A stretch of DNA of 64,000 nt from an uncultured delta proteobacterium (lineage in GTDB: Bacteria > Desulfobacterota > Desulfobacteria > Desulfobacterales > JAFDCJ01): the NCBI GenBank assembly GCA_963769935.1, contig CAVYNY010000011.1:288001-352000 (forward strand), written 5' to 3'. The position numbers and the translations under genes were made by a program. Numbering within the stretch: the stretch's first letter is position 1; the number at the start of each line of letters is the position of its first letter. The notes beneath the pieces are model-generated. The model was not told the origin of the DNA. It did not search any database and saw only the letters and a program-made list of their open reading frames with translations. Of this stretch, positions 19,552-30,697 are shown in pieces.

Positions 19552-21138
19552 TTAGTCGCCTTGGGTTGCCTGCTGCCGGGCGATGCGCTTGCGGCTGGGC
19601 AGTATCAGTGCAAAGGGAATGGTGGCCAGGAAAAGCAGTCCCAGTATCCACGACACATCGTTGTAGGCCATCATAGCGGCCTGACGCTTGACCAGGGCAT
19701 TCAGCAAGGCCTGACCGGTTTGCTGCACCGCCGCCGGGTTCAGGCCGGCGTGATCGAGAAGGCCGGCGGCCAGGCGTTGGAAATCGGCCAGGTTGGAGTT
19801 GTACGGCGTGATATGGGACACCAGTTGAACGCGGTGAATTTGCTGACCGCGAGCCACCAGGGTGGCAACCAGGGCATAGCCGATATTGCCCCCGATGCGC
19901 CGGGCCAGGGTGTAAAGGCCGGATGCATCGGTCATGTCGGCGCGGGGGATGGTGCTCAGGGACAAAGTGGTCAGAGTTACGAACATAAAGGGCATACCGA
20001 CACCCATGATCAACAGGGTCGGCACCAGATTCCAGAAGCCGGCCTCCAGCGACAACCGCGCCAGGTCATAGTAGGACCAGCAAGTGACCAGAATGCCGAA
20101 CACCACCAGAACCCGCGCATCCAGGTGACGGTAGAGCCGACCCACAATGGGCATGCAGACCAGCAGCATCACAGCGCGCGGCGCCAGGATCAGTCCGGCC
20201 TGGAAAGCCGGGTAACCCAAAAGTTCCTGGGTAAACTGAGGCAGAATGAAGGTAGTGCCGAACAGGGCGATGCCGAAGATCACCCCCATGAAGGAGCCCA
20301 GACTGAGAGTCAGGTTGCGCAGAATGCGAAAGTTCACCACCGGTTCGCCGATATTCATCTCCCAGTAGATCAGGCCTATAAATGACGCGGCGCAGACCAC
20401 TGCGCCCAGTCGGATCATGTTCGAATCGAACCAGTTTTCCTGCTGGCCGCGCTCCATGACGATTTGCATGCTGGTCAGTGCCACAGCCAGCAAGGCAATG
20501 CCCAGCCAGTCGACTTTTTTGACGCCGCGGCGCAGGTATTGTGGATCGAAGACAAAGGTTGCAACCATCAGTATCCCGACAATGCTCACCGGTACGTTGA
20601 TGTAAAAGATCCAGGGCCAGCCGTAGTGATCCGTGAGCCAGCCGCCCAGGATGGGCCCGATGGCCGGTGCCAGCACCACGCCCATGCCCCATAGCGCCAT
20701 GGCCATGCCTTGCTCTTCCTGGGGGTAAGTTTCGCGCAAAATAGCTTGGGAGACCGGAATCAACGCACCGCCCCCCACACCCTGGATGACCCGGTAGATC
20801 AGCATCTGGGGAAAGCTGGTGGCCGTGCCGCAGAGGATGGAACCCACTGTGAACAGGCAGAAAGATCCCAGATAGAGGCGTTTGCGACCGATCAGGGTGC
20901 TCCACCATCCGGCCATGGTGACCATGATAATTTCCGCGATACTGTAACTGGTGGCGACCCACGTGATCGTCGACAGATCCGTGCTGAAACTGCCCATCAT
21001 GTGGGGCAGCGACACATTGACCACACTGATGTCCATGACGGCCATAAATGCGCCGAACATCACGGCCACCGTGATAAGCCACTTGTTGACCACCGGCGCG
21101 GCCGCAGCCGGCGCTATGGGGGAAGCGGGTCCGTTCAT
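19552..21138 (-). CDS. emrB: DHA2 family MFS efflux permease (EmrB/QacA)
   Basis: MAVMDISVVNVSLP, RVIQGVGGG, APAIGPILGGWL and WPWIFYINVP motifs. Confidence 0.93.
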   Translation of the reverse strand: MNGPASPIAPAAAAPVVNKWLITVAVMFGAFMAVMDISVVNVSLPHMMGSFSTDLSTITWVATSYSIAEIIMVTMAGWWSTLIGRKRLYLGSFCLFTVGSILCGTATSFPQMLIYRVIQGVGGGALIPVSQAILRETYPQEEQGMAMALWGMGVVLAPAIGPILGGWLTDHYGWPWIFYINVPVSIVGILMVATFVFDPQYLRRGVKKVDWLGIALLAVALTSMQIVMERGQQENWFDSNMIRLGAVVCAASFIGLIYWEMNIGEPVVNFRILRNLTLSLGSFMGVIFGIALFGTTFILPQFTQELLGYPAFQAGLILAPRAVMLLVCMPIVGRLYRHLDARVLVVFGILVTCWSYYDLARLSLEAGFWNLVPTLLIMGVGMPFMFVTLTTLSLSTIPRADMTDASGLYTLARRIGGNIGYALVATLVARGQQIHRVQLVSHITPYNSNLADFQRLAAGLLDHAGLNPAAVQQTGQALLNALVKRQAAMMAYNDVSWILGLLFLATIPFALILPSRKRIARQQATQGD

Positions 21139-21155
21139 AGGTTCCAGAATTTATT

Positions 21156-22604
21156 CTATGGTGTTGCGGGCCTTGGATCGGCCTTTTGAACGGCCATGTC
21201 CGCGGCGGCCGCAGACACGTCGGCCTTGACATTGACCTCCGGCTCCACCGACATGCCCGGTACCAATCGAAACTTGGCGAGCTCTTCGGGCCGGTCGAAA
21301 ACAATCTTCACCGGTATGCGCTGAACCACTTTGACGAAGTTGCCGGTGGCATTTTCCGGCGGCAGCAGGCTAAAGCGCGATCCGGTTCCCCGCTGAATGC
21401 TGTCCACCCGGCCATGGAACGTCTCGTCGGGATAGGTATCAACTGAAACCGTGACGGGTTGGCCCGGGCGCATATGCGTCAGCTGGGTTTCCTTGAAATT
21501 GGCCGTCACCCAGACATTGGGGCGCACAATCGCCATCAGGGACTGCCCCACCTGCACAAAAACGCCCGGCTCCACATTTTTCTTGGTTACGTGGCCGGCG
21601 GCCGGGGCATGGATTTTGGTATAGGAGAGGTTCAGGGTGGCTTGCTCGACTTCGGCCCGCGCTTTTTCGGCATCGGCCTTGGAGGCCTCGGCCCGGGAAC
21701 TGCTTTGGGCCACCTGCACGGGTGCGGATCGGGCGGACGTCAACCGGGCGTTGGCCTGTTCCAGCTGCGCCTGCCGGGCGGCTGCCTGGGCCTGCGCCTG
21801 ACGCACATTGTCCTCGGCCGCCTTCTGGGCCGCTTCGGCCCGCTGGAGCAAGGACTGCTGAGTCGCAATTTTGCTGCGGGCGGCATTCAGATCGGCTGCG
21901 GCCATGCGTTCGTCGGTTACGGCATGGTCCAGCTGTTGGGGACTGATGGTGTTGCTCCGGGCCATTTCCCGGTAGCGTTTTAAATCCAGGGAAGCTTGCT
22001 GATATTTGGCTTCCACGGCAAGTGTTTCGGCCTGAGCCTGGTCCAGCGCCGCCTTGGCAAAAGCTACCTGCGCCTGAGCTTCGCCTTGCTGGCTTTTGGC
22101 CGCGGCTGCCAGAGCCCGGGCGTTTTGCACCATAGCCGCAGCCGCTGTCACGGCCTGTTCGGCCTCGGCCAGGCCGGCCGCGGAGGTAATGGAGGTCAGG
22201 TTGACATCGATGTCCCGCGAGCGGCGGGCGGCCTCGGCTGCGTCCAGTGCGGCCCGGGCTGCGTCCAGCCGAGCCTGAAAATCACCCGGATCGAGTTCCA
22301 CCAGCAGGTCGCCGGCCGCAACCTGCTGGTTGTCGGTGACGTGGACCCGGGCCACATGACCCGAAACCCGGGGGCTGATGGAAACGATGTGACCATCGAT
22401 AAAGGCGTCGTCAGTGGATTCGTGGGAAATGGCATACAGGTAGTAGGGAATTCCCACCGCCAGGCCTACCACGGCCAGACCGGCGGCAACCAATGCCAGG
22501 ACGCGGCGGCGGGGTCCCTTGCGCCGGGTTTCATCGCCTTGGGTTGCCTGCTGCGGCTCAATTGCGGAGTCTGTTTTTCCCTGAGAAGTTCTTGATTGTG
22601 CCAT
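21156..22604 (-). CDS. emrA: HlyD/EmrA membrane fusion protein
   Basis: ESTDDAFID, VWVTANFKETQL and FSLLPPENATGNFVKVVQRIPV motifs. Confidence 0.93.
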   Translation of the reverse strand: MAQSRTSQGKTDSAIEPQQATQGDETRRKGPRRRVLALVAAGLAVVGLAVGIPYYLYAISHESTDDAFIDGHIVSISPRVSGHVARVHVTDNQQVAAGDLLVELDPGDFQARLDAARAALDAAEAARRSRDIDVNLTSITSAAGLAEAEQAVTAAAAMVQNARALAAAAKSQQGEAQAQVAFAKAALDQAQAETLAVEAKYQQASLDLKRYREMARSNTISPQQLDHAVTDERMAAADLNAARSKIATQQSLLQRAEAAQKAAEDNVRQAQAQAAARQAQLEQANARLTSARSAPVQVAQSSSRAEASKADAEKARAEVEQATLNLSYTKIHAPAAGHVTKKNVEPGVFVQVGQSLMAIVRPNVWVTANFKETQLTHMRPGQPVTVSVDTYPDETFHGRVDSIQRGTGSRFSLLPPENATGNFVKVVQRIPVKIVFDRPEELAKFRLVPGMSVEPEVNVKADVSAAAADMAVQKADPRPATP

Positions 22605-22664
22605 AATCTGCTCATTTTCAGTTGGTTGCCATACGGCGTGCCGATGCCGAACCTGCGCCGGGCT

Positions 22665-24131
22665 TCACGGCGGATTCGGTGCGCCGGCTATCGTATCCGG
22701 CCCCGCATCCCGGACCGCAGGGTCCCCGCCGTCGGACGGCGGCAAGGGCGTCAGATCGATATCGAGCAGGCCCGCCGCGCGCAATAGTCGCAGGTAGTCC
22801 ACGATGTGATTGAACTGTTCTTCGGTCAGAGCCAGTTCAGCAGACAAAAATTGATCCTGGGCGATGAGACGCTCCAAGTTGGTGCCAAGTCCCGCCCTAT
22901 AGGCCGCATCGGCCTGGCGCAAAGCCTCCCGGGCTGCTGCCTGGCGAATGCCCAGCTGGTCGATCTGCTGCACGTTGGCGATGAGGTTTTCCACAGCCAC
23001 GCGCAGCTCTCGGAGAATTGTGCGGCGTAGCCCGGATTCGGCCAGATTAGCCTGACGCAGGCGGGAGTATGCCGTTCGGACATCGGCGTGCACCAGACCC
23101 GCTGAAAAAATCGGCAGATCGACTTGAATCAACCCTGTCCAGTCCACGTCGTCCGGAAAGCTTTCGCGATAGAGGTAGCGCGTCAAGTTCAGCGACACCG
23201 ATGGGAAATACTCCCCCCAGGCGGCTTCCAGCCGCTCGGCGGCCGCTTTAACCTGCATCCGGGCGGCCTGCAGGTCCTGGCGGTGCGCGTCGGCCAGCGG
23301 CAGCAGTTGATCGGCGGGTCGGTTCTCGCGTGGGACCTCTAGCCTGCCCGTCAGAGCGCCTTCCACGGCCGGGACGCCTATCAGTTGGGCCAGCATGGCC
23401 CGCCCATTGCGCACATCGTTGCGGGCCCGGATCAGGACATTGCGGGTTCCGGCCAGCTGAGCCTCACTCTGGGCCACATCCACGGGACGGGCCACACCCG
23501 CCCGGCGCTGCACATCCATATCGTTCACCCGCTGCTGCTGCACCTGCACCGAGTTTTCCAAGACCTGGACCTGCTTTTCAGATCGCATCACCTGGTAGTA
23601 GGTCTGGGCGACGTCCAGCAGGAGGATGGCTTGGCGATCCAGCAAAAGGTACCGCCGTTGTTCGGCCGAAGAGGCAGCGGCCCACAGAGCGGGCGCATCC
23701 TGAAAAGGGCTTACGTTCAGATTGCCCTGCAGCGGTGCATCCAGCGTTTTCGTGCGCAGAATGCTGGAGACCAGGGAATTGGTGCCGCCCAAAGATGACG
23801 CTTCCTGACGCATATAACTGGGGGCAAAATGAATCGTGGGCAGAAAACGCGCAAACGCGCGGTCCTTCTCGATCAGCGCCTGCAGATAGTATTCGCCGGA
23901 CTCGGCCAATTGCTCGTTGTTGGCGTTGGCCAGCACCACAGCACGCTTCAGGGTCACGGACTCGCCCGCAGAAAAGGGTGCCGGCGGCTGGGTTTGACCG
24001 GCATCCAGCACCTTTCTGTAGGTTTGCACCTCCCGGGCCTGGTCCACGGCACAGCCGGCCGCCAGCAAAAGCGCTATTCCCGCCAGCCATGCCAAACCGT
24101 TACGATTCAACCTTTTTTCCTCCTGATACAA
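22665..24131 (-). CDS. TolC family outer membrane efflux lipoprotein
   Basis: LAAGC lipobox, duplicated OEP-like helical repeats and operon position. Confidence 0.85.
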   Translation of the reverse strand: MYQEEKRLNRNGLAWLAGIALLLAAGCAVDQAREVQTYRKVLDAGQTQPPAPFSAGESVTLKRAVVLANANNEQLAESGEYYLQALIEKDRAFARFLPTIHFAPSYMRQEASSLGGTNSLVSSILRTKTLDAPLQGNLNVSPFQDAPALWAAASSAEQRRYLLLDRQAILLLDVAQTYYQVMRSEKQVQVLENSVQVQQQRVNDMDVQRRAGVARPVDVAQSEAQLAGTRNVLIRARNDVRNGRAMLAQLIGVPAVEGALTGRLEVPRENRPADQLLPLADAHRQDLQAARMQVKAAAERLEAAWGEYFPSVSLNLTRYLYRESFPDDVDWTGLIQVDLPIFSAGLVHADVRTAYSRLRQANLAESGLRRTILRELRVAVENLIANVQQIDQLGIRQAAAREALRQADAAYRAGLGTNLERLIAQDQFLSAELALTEEQFNHIVDYLRLLRAAGLLDIDLTPLPPSDGGDPAVRDAGPDTIAGAPNPP

Positions 24132-24228
24132 TATCCCAAAAGCCCCGCAACGCCATCTCCATTCGCGACCGATTCAGACAAGCCTGCCATCAACAGTTAG
24201 AGGCAATGGTTTTTTCCGGTAGCCGGCT

Positions 24229-24852
24229 TCACCGGGAGCCGCTTCGCATCCTCCTCTGCTGCACGGACGTCCACTTGTTCCGGTGCACCAAGCCTGCCCG
24301 GACAAAGCCGAGAATATGTTCGGTCAGCGTCTGGGAATCGATGCTTTGGTAACCCTCCATCAATACGGAACGTACCAAGCCGGGAATGAAGCGCGCGGTC
24401 AACTCAGGGCGGGGATCGATGAACTCGCCGCCGGCGATGCCGCTGCGGATGATGGATTCGATAAGGACCCTTAGCTCGTTGCGTTTGCCGTCCCACTGAG
24501 CATTGTTGATGACACTGCCCCAAGGCACGCTGCGCATTAATTCGAACATATGGGGGTTCTGATAAGCGAATTCTACCATCTCGCGAATCGCGGCCTCCAG
24601 ATTTTCCATTGGACCGAGCTGGTTTTGATTCAGTCGGCGCTGCATCCGTTCGACCAGTTGGGCGAAGCCGCTGTAAAGCACCGACAGGTAGAGGTCCTCC
24701 TTGTTTTTGAAGTAGATATAGAGTGTACCCTTGCCCACACCGGCCGCTTCGGCCACATCGCTCAGAAGGACCTTGTGGAAGGGATGAGCGGCAAACAACT
24801 CGACCGCCGCGGCCAGGATTTTCATCCGTTTTTGTTCGTCCAACACTTGCAT
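24229..24852 (-). CDS. TetR/AcrR family regulator
   Basis: DVAEAAGVGKGTLYIYFKNKEDL helix-turn-helix. Confidence 0.92.
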   Translation of the reverse strand: MQVLDEQKRMKILAAAVELFAAHPFHKVLLSDVAEAAGVGKGTLYIYFKNKEDLYLSVLYSGFAQLVERMQRRLNQNQLGPMENLEAAIREMVEFAYQNPHMFELMRSVPWGSVINNAQWDGKRNELRVLIESIIRSGIAGGEFIDPRPELTARFIPGLVRSVLMEGYQSIDSQTLTEHILGFVRAGLVHRNKWTSVQQRRMRSGSR

Positions 24853-24892
24853 GGCGGATCTCACGGCAGGCAGTTCAGATACTCCCGCCCTC

Positions 24893-25567
24893 TTAGCCGC
24901 CGGCCCGAGGCGGCGGCGCATCATCGGCTTGTTCCATCAGGCGCTCGGTTAGGGCAACGATCATTGCTTCGGCGGCTTCAAAACCGATCCGGGAAATGTC
25001 GACGGTCAGGTGATAATTGCGCAGATCGTACCAGGAAACGCCGCAAATTTTTTGCACGTAGCGGCGGCGGTCGTTATCCGTGCGATCGATCATTTTTTTG
25101 GCCGCCGCCGGGTCCGGTGCGTGGTAAACCTGCATCACGCGTCCAATGCGAAAGTTGCGTTCGGCGTGAACGAATATGTTGATCAGCCCTGCCCGCCCTT
25201 TGAGGCGATGAAAGGCGCAGCGTCCCAGGATGACACAGGACCCCCGGGCCGCCAGCCTCAAGAGGACCCTGTGCTCGACCGCGATCAATTCATCGTCTGA
25301 AATCAGCCGCAGCGGCGGCGGGCTCTGGATGTCTTCGGGGCAGCCCGTGGCAAAGGTATGCAGGAGCTTGGTCCAGAAGCTCTGGGTGCGTTCTTCCCGC
25401 CGGACCAGTTCTGAGCCGCTGGTGTCCAGCTCTCGGGCGGCCTGCTCCAGGATTTGGTGATCCAGGTAGACAAAACCCAACCGGTGGGCTATCCGCTGGG
25501 CCAGATAGGATCCGCCGCTGCCCAACTGTCGAGCGATGGTGATATGAAAAGGCCGGTCGACAGCCAT
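24893..25567 (-). CDS. Cytidylate kinase-like family protein
   Basis: ITIARQLGSGG, CVILGRCA, DNDRRRY and YHLTVD motifs. Confidence 0.85.
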   Translation of the reverse strand: MAVDRPFHITIARQLGSGGSYLAQRIAHRLGFVYLDHQILEQAARELDTSGSELVRREERTQSFWTKLLHTFATGCPEDIQSPPPLRLISDDELIAVEHRVLLRLAARGSCVILGRCAFHRLKGRAGLINIFVHAERNFRIGRVMQVYHAPDPAAAKKMIDRTDNDRRRYVQKICGVSWYDLRNYHLTVDISRIGFEAAEAMIVALTERLMEQADDAPPPRAGG

Positions 25568-25792
25568 GATGCGCCTCCGAAAAATTACAAACCGGTTTGC
25601 CGGTGTCCAGGCGTAAACGCCATCTTTAGGATCCAGGCCGGTGCTCGGGATGTTCTGAAGTCCTCGGCGCAGCGCTGCTATCCACCGCAGGCAGACGGGC
25701 CGGGCCGGAACACAAATCGGTGTTTTGCGGATGGACACGGCTTAAAAAAACAAAGGCAACCCACTCATTGGTGATTCCGCAAAGCCCCTGTG

Positions 25793-25837
25793 AATACTGA
25801 CCAGCCGGTATTACATGAATCAGCTATCCACTGTCAA
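25793..25837 (-). promoter_or_regulatory. Candidate promoter and TetR operator of the efflux operon
   Basis: TTGACA on the minus strand (25832-25837). An imperfect palindrome AATACTGACCAGCCGGTATT (25793-25812) overlaps the expected -10/start region; the -10 is weak. Confidence 0.35.
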
Positions 25838-26198
25838 GCCATTTCTGCCGTCTGATGGGTGCCGACCCGCACGTACCGTACCATCGTAGCGATCTACGAA
25901 CGCCCCCGTATCGGCTATTTTCTTAGGCTTTTCTGCCTTATCGGCGGGTCTGTCCGGGTGAAGGTCGGCCAAGGACCGACATGTAAGTTGTGAATCGAAT
26001 TCGGCCACCGCTCAATATATGGAAATTCAGATAAACGCCGCGGCCAGCACCCAAATAACCAAAGCGGCTTTTATTGTCAATATTGATTTTTTGCGCGCAC
26101 CTATGGTATTTGCATATATCGCAACTCATAAAAAAACGGTTCTAAAGACCAAAACAAGGCAATCTTTGTCCGAAGATTTAAATTTCAATTATTTTCGG

Positions 26199-26260
26199 GT
26201 AATGGAGTGATGGAGTAATGGCTAAAGGATTGTTATTTTTTTTCAATACTCCAGCACTCC
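26199..26260. repeat. Inverted short tandem arrays (TGGAGTAA-like / ATACTCCA-like)
   Basis: GTAATGGAGTGATGGAGTAATGG ... CAATACTCCAGCACTCC. Confidence 0.55.
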
Positions 26261-26342
26261 CAGATCGAGACTTTCAAAAACTTCTCGCAATGTTAAATCA
26301 CTTTAATTTTATTACTAGTTTTGAAAAGTTATATTCCTCATC

Positions 26343-28885
26343 GTGAAACATCTGAACCCAGATATCCTGCAGCGCGGCCTTCCCGTAGAAGCAGTCCTGG
26401 CGGATTTGCAAAATACTCTGACCGGCAACCCCTGTGCCGTGCTGCAGGCTCCGCCCGGGGCCGGCAAGACAACCGGCATTCCCCTGCACCTGCTCAAGGC
26501 CTCCTGGCTGGAGGAGCGTAAAATCATATTGCTGGCTCCCCGCCGGCTGGCCGCCCGGGCTGCTGCCATACGCATGGCCGACCTTCTCAAGGAAAAAGTC
26601 GGGCAGACGGTCGGCTATCGTGTGCGCCTGGACAGCCGCGTCAGTGCTGCAACCCGCATCGAAGTGGTCACCGAAGGTGTGTTGACGCGAATGCTGCAAA
26701 GTGATCCCTCTTTGGAAGGGGTCGGGTTGGTAATTTTTGATGAGTTTCATGAGCGCAGCCTGGATGCCGATCTGGGATTGGCTTTGTGTCTGGATATGCA
26801 GGGGGTGCTGAATAAAAAGTTGCGGCTGCTGATCATGTCCGCCACCATTGAAACCGAACCGCTGGCTGCCCTGCTGGAAGGCGCCCCGGTGATCGCCTGT
26901 CCGGGCAAAGCGTTTCCGGTTGAAACCCGTTATGTGGGATTGCACACGCCTGTTTTTTCCGGCGAAGCCCTGCGCAATGTTGTGCTGTCCGCGGCCCGCC
27001 ATGAGCCGGGCAGTATTCTGGTGTTTTTACCCGGCGCTGCGGAGATCCGTCAGTTGGCCCGGTTGCTGGAGGCAGCCCTGCCGGGTCCGGATTGGATCAT
27101 TGCCCCACTCTTCGGGAACCTGTCACGCAGCGAACAGGACCGGGCCATTGCACCGCCGCCCGACGGAAAGCGCAAAATCGTCTTGGCCACATCCATCGCT
27201 GAAACCAGTTTGACCATAGAGGACATCCGGGTGGTGGTGGACAGCGGCCTGCAGCGGGTCCCCCGTTTTGATGTGCGCAGCGGGTTGACCCGTCTGATCA
27301 CGCTGCCGGTATCGCGGGCTTCGGCGGACCAGCGGCGGGGGCGGTCCGGGCGAACCGGTCCGGGTGTCTGCCTGCGCCTGTGGTCCCGCAGAATGCATTA
27401 CACACTGCCCGCCGCCCACCGGCCCGAAATTCTCGAGGCCGACCTGGCCGGCCTGGCTCTGGAACTGGCTATCTGGGGTGTGGATGATCCCAACGGTTTA
27501 CGCTGGCTTGATCCGCCGCCTGCCGACACCTTTGACAGCGCCCGCCGATTACTCCGTTCGCTTGAAGCGCTGGACGCCGATGGCCGGGCTACCGATCACG
27601 GGCGGCAGATGGCGGCTTTGCCTTTGCACCCAAGGTTGGCCCACATGCTGGTTGCTGCGAAAGGCCGGGGTCAGGGGGGCGTCGCCTGCGATCTGGCAGC
27701 CTTGCTCAGCGAACGCGACGTGGTCCGTTTTGAACCTGGACGTTCCGATGCCGACATGCGCATTCGCTTCGATCTGCTGCAGGCCTTGCGCAACAAACAA
27801 GCACTGGCCTATCCGGGCGCCACCGTCGATTTTTCCGCCGTTTGCCGGGTACTCCATACGGCAGATAATTTGCGCAGGCGCCTGGGCTGCAAGCGTGGGT
27901 GAAAATGAGGCGCATCCATCGGCCGTTTATTGGCCTGGGCATATCCGGACCGCATTGCCCGCCGTCGTGCAGACGGGCGGGGCCGATTTTTGCTGGCTAA
28001 TGGCCGGGGGGCGTATCTTGATCCTGTTGATGCACTGGCGGCCGAGCAATTTCTGATTGCGGTGGAACTGGACGGTGATCGCCGCAACGCACGAATTTAC
28101 AGAGCCGCGGCCGAGCAGTCATGGATAATCTCATGGAGCAGTTCAAGGATCAGATCCACCCGGTGGAGGCAATTGAGTGGGATGCGGAGCGCCGGATTGT
28201 TGCCGCCCGGCGCGATCTGAAACTGGACGCGCTGACGTTGCGCAGCGATCCGCTTGCGTCTCCCGACGCGCAGCAGGTTTTGGCGGCGCTGTTAAAAGGC
28301 ATCCGGCAGGAGGGGCTCGCGTGTTTGCCGTGGGCCCGGGCCCTGCGGCAGTGGCAGCAACGAGTTTGCTTTTTACGGCGGCTGGCCGAAGATCGGCAGC
28401 AGTGGCCGGATGTCTCGAACGATGGCCTGGCCGCAAACCTGTCGCAATGGCTGGCCCCTTACCTGACCGGAATTACCCGGCTGCGTGATCTGGCCCGGAT
28501 CGACTTAAAAAAAGCGCTGTTCAGCATGCTGCCCTATCGGCAGCATAAACTGCTCGATGAATTGGCCCCCACGCACCTGGCGGTGCCGAGCGGTTCACGG
28601 ATTCCCATTGACTACTCGGGCGATGTACCCGTGCTGGCCGTGCGTCTGCAGGAGATGTTCGGCCTCGTCAAGACGCCGGCGGTGGCCGGCGGCCGTCAGC
28701 CGCTGCTGATCCATCTGCTTTCGCCGGCCGGCCGGCCGGTGCAGATCACACAGGATCTGGCGGGCTTCTGGCAGACCGGCTATCCCGAAGTCAAAAAAGA
28801 ACTCAAAGGCCGCTATCCCAAACACTATTGGCCGGACGATCCCCTGCAGGCGCAGGCGACCGCGCGGGTGAGGCCGCGGGGGTGA
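26343..28885 (+). CDS. hrpB: ATP-dependent helicase HrpB (three apparent indels at about 27897, 27909 and 28118)
   Basis: APPGAGKTT, DEFHER, MSAT, QRRGRSGR, LAWAYPDRIA and C-terminal ELKGRYPKHYWPDDP, spread over three ORF pieces. Confidence 0.92.
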
Positions 28886-29567
28886 GGCCGCGGGGGAGCG
28901 CCTGAATCTTACCCGAGTCATAGCCTTTGACGTGCAGTCACTGAAACTTGGGTCGGACCAAAGAAATTCTTGGCCAGGTGCACGGCGGTCTGATTCGTAA
29001 CGATGCAGCAATAATTATTTAGACAATGAATGGATCCGATTATAATTTTTATTTATAGACAGGATCTAACGGATTTATTGGATTTTTTTTGTTCTTTGTT
29101 TCCGGACTTGCCGCGCCATAGTGCTGTACTACCTGGAGGACGGCGGGATGAACCAAAGAATACCCAATTGCCTTTGGCAAAGCATCCTGCGATGTATGAT
29201 ATGAATTTGTCGGGCGCTGCCTGTCATTTTCCTGTTTTGTCTGATTTTACAGGCACCGCCTGTAGAATAAGGCATGAGCCTAAACAAGTGCTTTATAAGG
29301 CCTTAGAATGCTTTTTTACCGGCGAAAAGATACATTAATCTATGAAAATTCTTGACGAATTTTTAGATAGTAATTAAGCTGACAGGTGTTTTGTCCGAAC
29401 TGAGACGTATCACGCCGGAAGCCAGGGTCTGCTATTCGAAGTTCCATTCACTTCCCAAACCCAAAAGATAGGACGTGACTGGCGGTTCAGAAGGAAACAT
29501 TGATCGATGGCGGAAAGAGACGAGACCTAATGAGGGGTTTTTAAGGGATTCATTAAGGAGAGAATCA

Positions 29568-29864
29568 ATGAAAACAAAGGAACCTGCGACCCTTCTGCAG
29601 GAGAACCTTGCAGTTCTTATGGACCATCACGTCAAAGCCCTTTATCTATTCGGATCAGTTGTTCGCGGCGAGGACAGGCCTGGAAGCGACGTGGACATCC
29701 TGGTTGAATTCCAACCCGAGGCACGGGTAGGCCTGTTCGGCCTGGCCAGGTTACAGCGACGGTTAGCGGAAATCCTTGGCAGACCCGTGGATCTGACGAC
29801 GCCGGACGCTCTACACAAAGCTCTGAAAGATAGAATAATCAAGGAGGCTGTTCGTGCCGCATAG
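29568..29864 (+). CDS. Minimal nucleotidyltransferase (MntA-type antitoxin)
   Basis: LYLFGSVVRGEDRPGSDVDILVEF...LGRPVDL; AAGGAG RBS. Confidence 0.9.
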   Translation: MKTKEPATLLQENLAVLMDHHVKALYLFGSVVRGEDRPGSDVDILVEFQPEARVGLFGLARLQRRLAEILGRPVDLTTPDALHKALKDRIIKEAVRAA

Positions 29865-30000
29865 AGAATGGAAATTTCGGATTCAAGACATATTGGACGC
29901 CATCCGCGCCATTCGGAAATACACAAAAGGGATGGAATTCAAAACCTTCGTCTATGATCGGAGAACAGTGGATGCAGTGGTGCAAACTTGATTATCATTT
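29854..30000 (+). pseudogene. Truncated HepT/DUF86 toxin
   Basis: GTG start overlapping the MNT gene end, encoding MPHREWKFRIQDILDAI..I..YT.GM.F..F..D.RTVDAVV then (shifted) NLIII; similarity stops there. Confidence 0.8.
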
Positions 30001-30099
30001 GATAATAATTTGACACCTGGGTAGAACCTGCTATCATAAAGGCGTCCTATCTTTATAAAAGAGAATCACGGTTGGCTGAAGTCACATAGCTTAGAAAAT

Positions 30100-30654
30100 G
30101 TGGAAGATATTATAGCAGGTTTTTACAGAGACTGCATACGTTTGAATCATTCGATAGCTTCAACTTTTTTCATTATTGACGTTGCAGAAAGTCTTAAGCT
30201 GTCAGGGGTATTGAGCCAGCAGCTGTACGTGGCATTTCAGTTAGCTGCAGAGGCTTGCATGATCCATGACATGACAGAAAACGGAAAATGGACCCATCTT
30301 GATACGAATGATAAAGAGAACGATCACTTTATTGATTGCCGTGATCATGAAAATATCCCCCTTGCCATGTTACTTATCCTTTCTGACGAACTTTCGATTT
30401 GGAGTAGACCTATGTTCGGCAAACCGCAAGTAAGGGATCTCGATTCCGGTATTACACAGTTTTCACACAATGAACGTGCCGCAGCGATTGAGCTATCCAT
30501 CAGTGAAGCTAAATCAAGATTCTGGATTCGTATTGCCGCTGATAAAAATAGGGAGCCGCTTGAAAAGAAATTGAAGAATTTAAAATGTTTCAGAAGAAAA
30601 GGAGCAAAAAGGAATAGCTCTTTTGTTTTAGGTTATGCTTTGGATGTGAGATAG
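30100..30654 (+). CDS. Hypothetical AT-rich protein, probably a C-terminal fragment of an HD-like protein
   Basis: NHSIAS...ACMIHD...PLAMLLILSDELSIWSRP pattern; no clear RBS; in-frame stop at 30037. Confidence 0.4.
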   Translation: MEDIIAGFYRDCIRLNHSIASTFFIIDVAESLKLSGVLSQQLYVAFQLAAEACMIHDMTENGKWTHLDTNDKENDHFIDCRDHENIPLAMLLILSDELSIWSRPMFGKPQVRDLDSGITQFSHNERAAAIELSISEAKSRFWIRIAADKNREPLEKKLKNLKCFRRKGAKRNSSFVLGYALDVR

Positions 30655-30697
30655 CATTCTCCTTAAGCGCCTCTAAACAGACACAATAGGATATTAT

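Noticed and set aside
27900..27908. Selenocysteine or stop read-through at two in-frame TGA codons in hrpB
   Set aside because: A +1 and a -1 indel restore KRGENE..SIGRLL, and the site is a non-catalytic linker.
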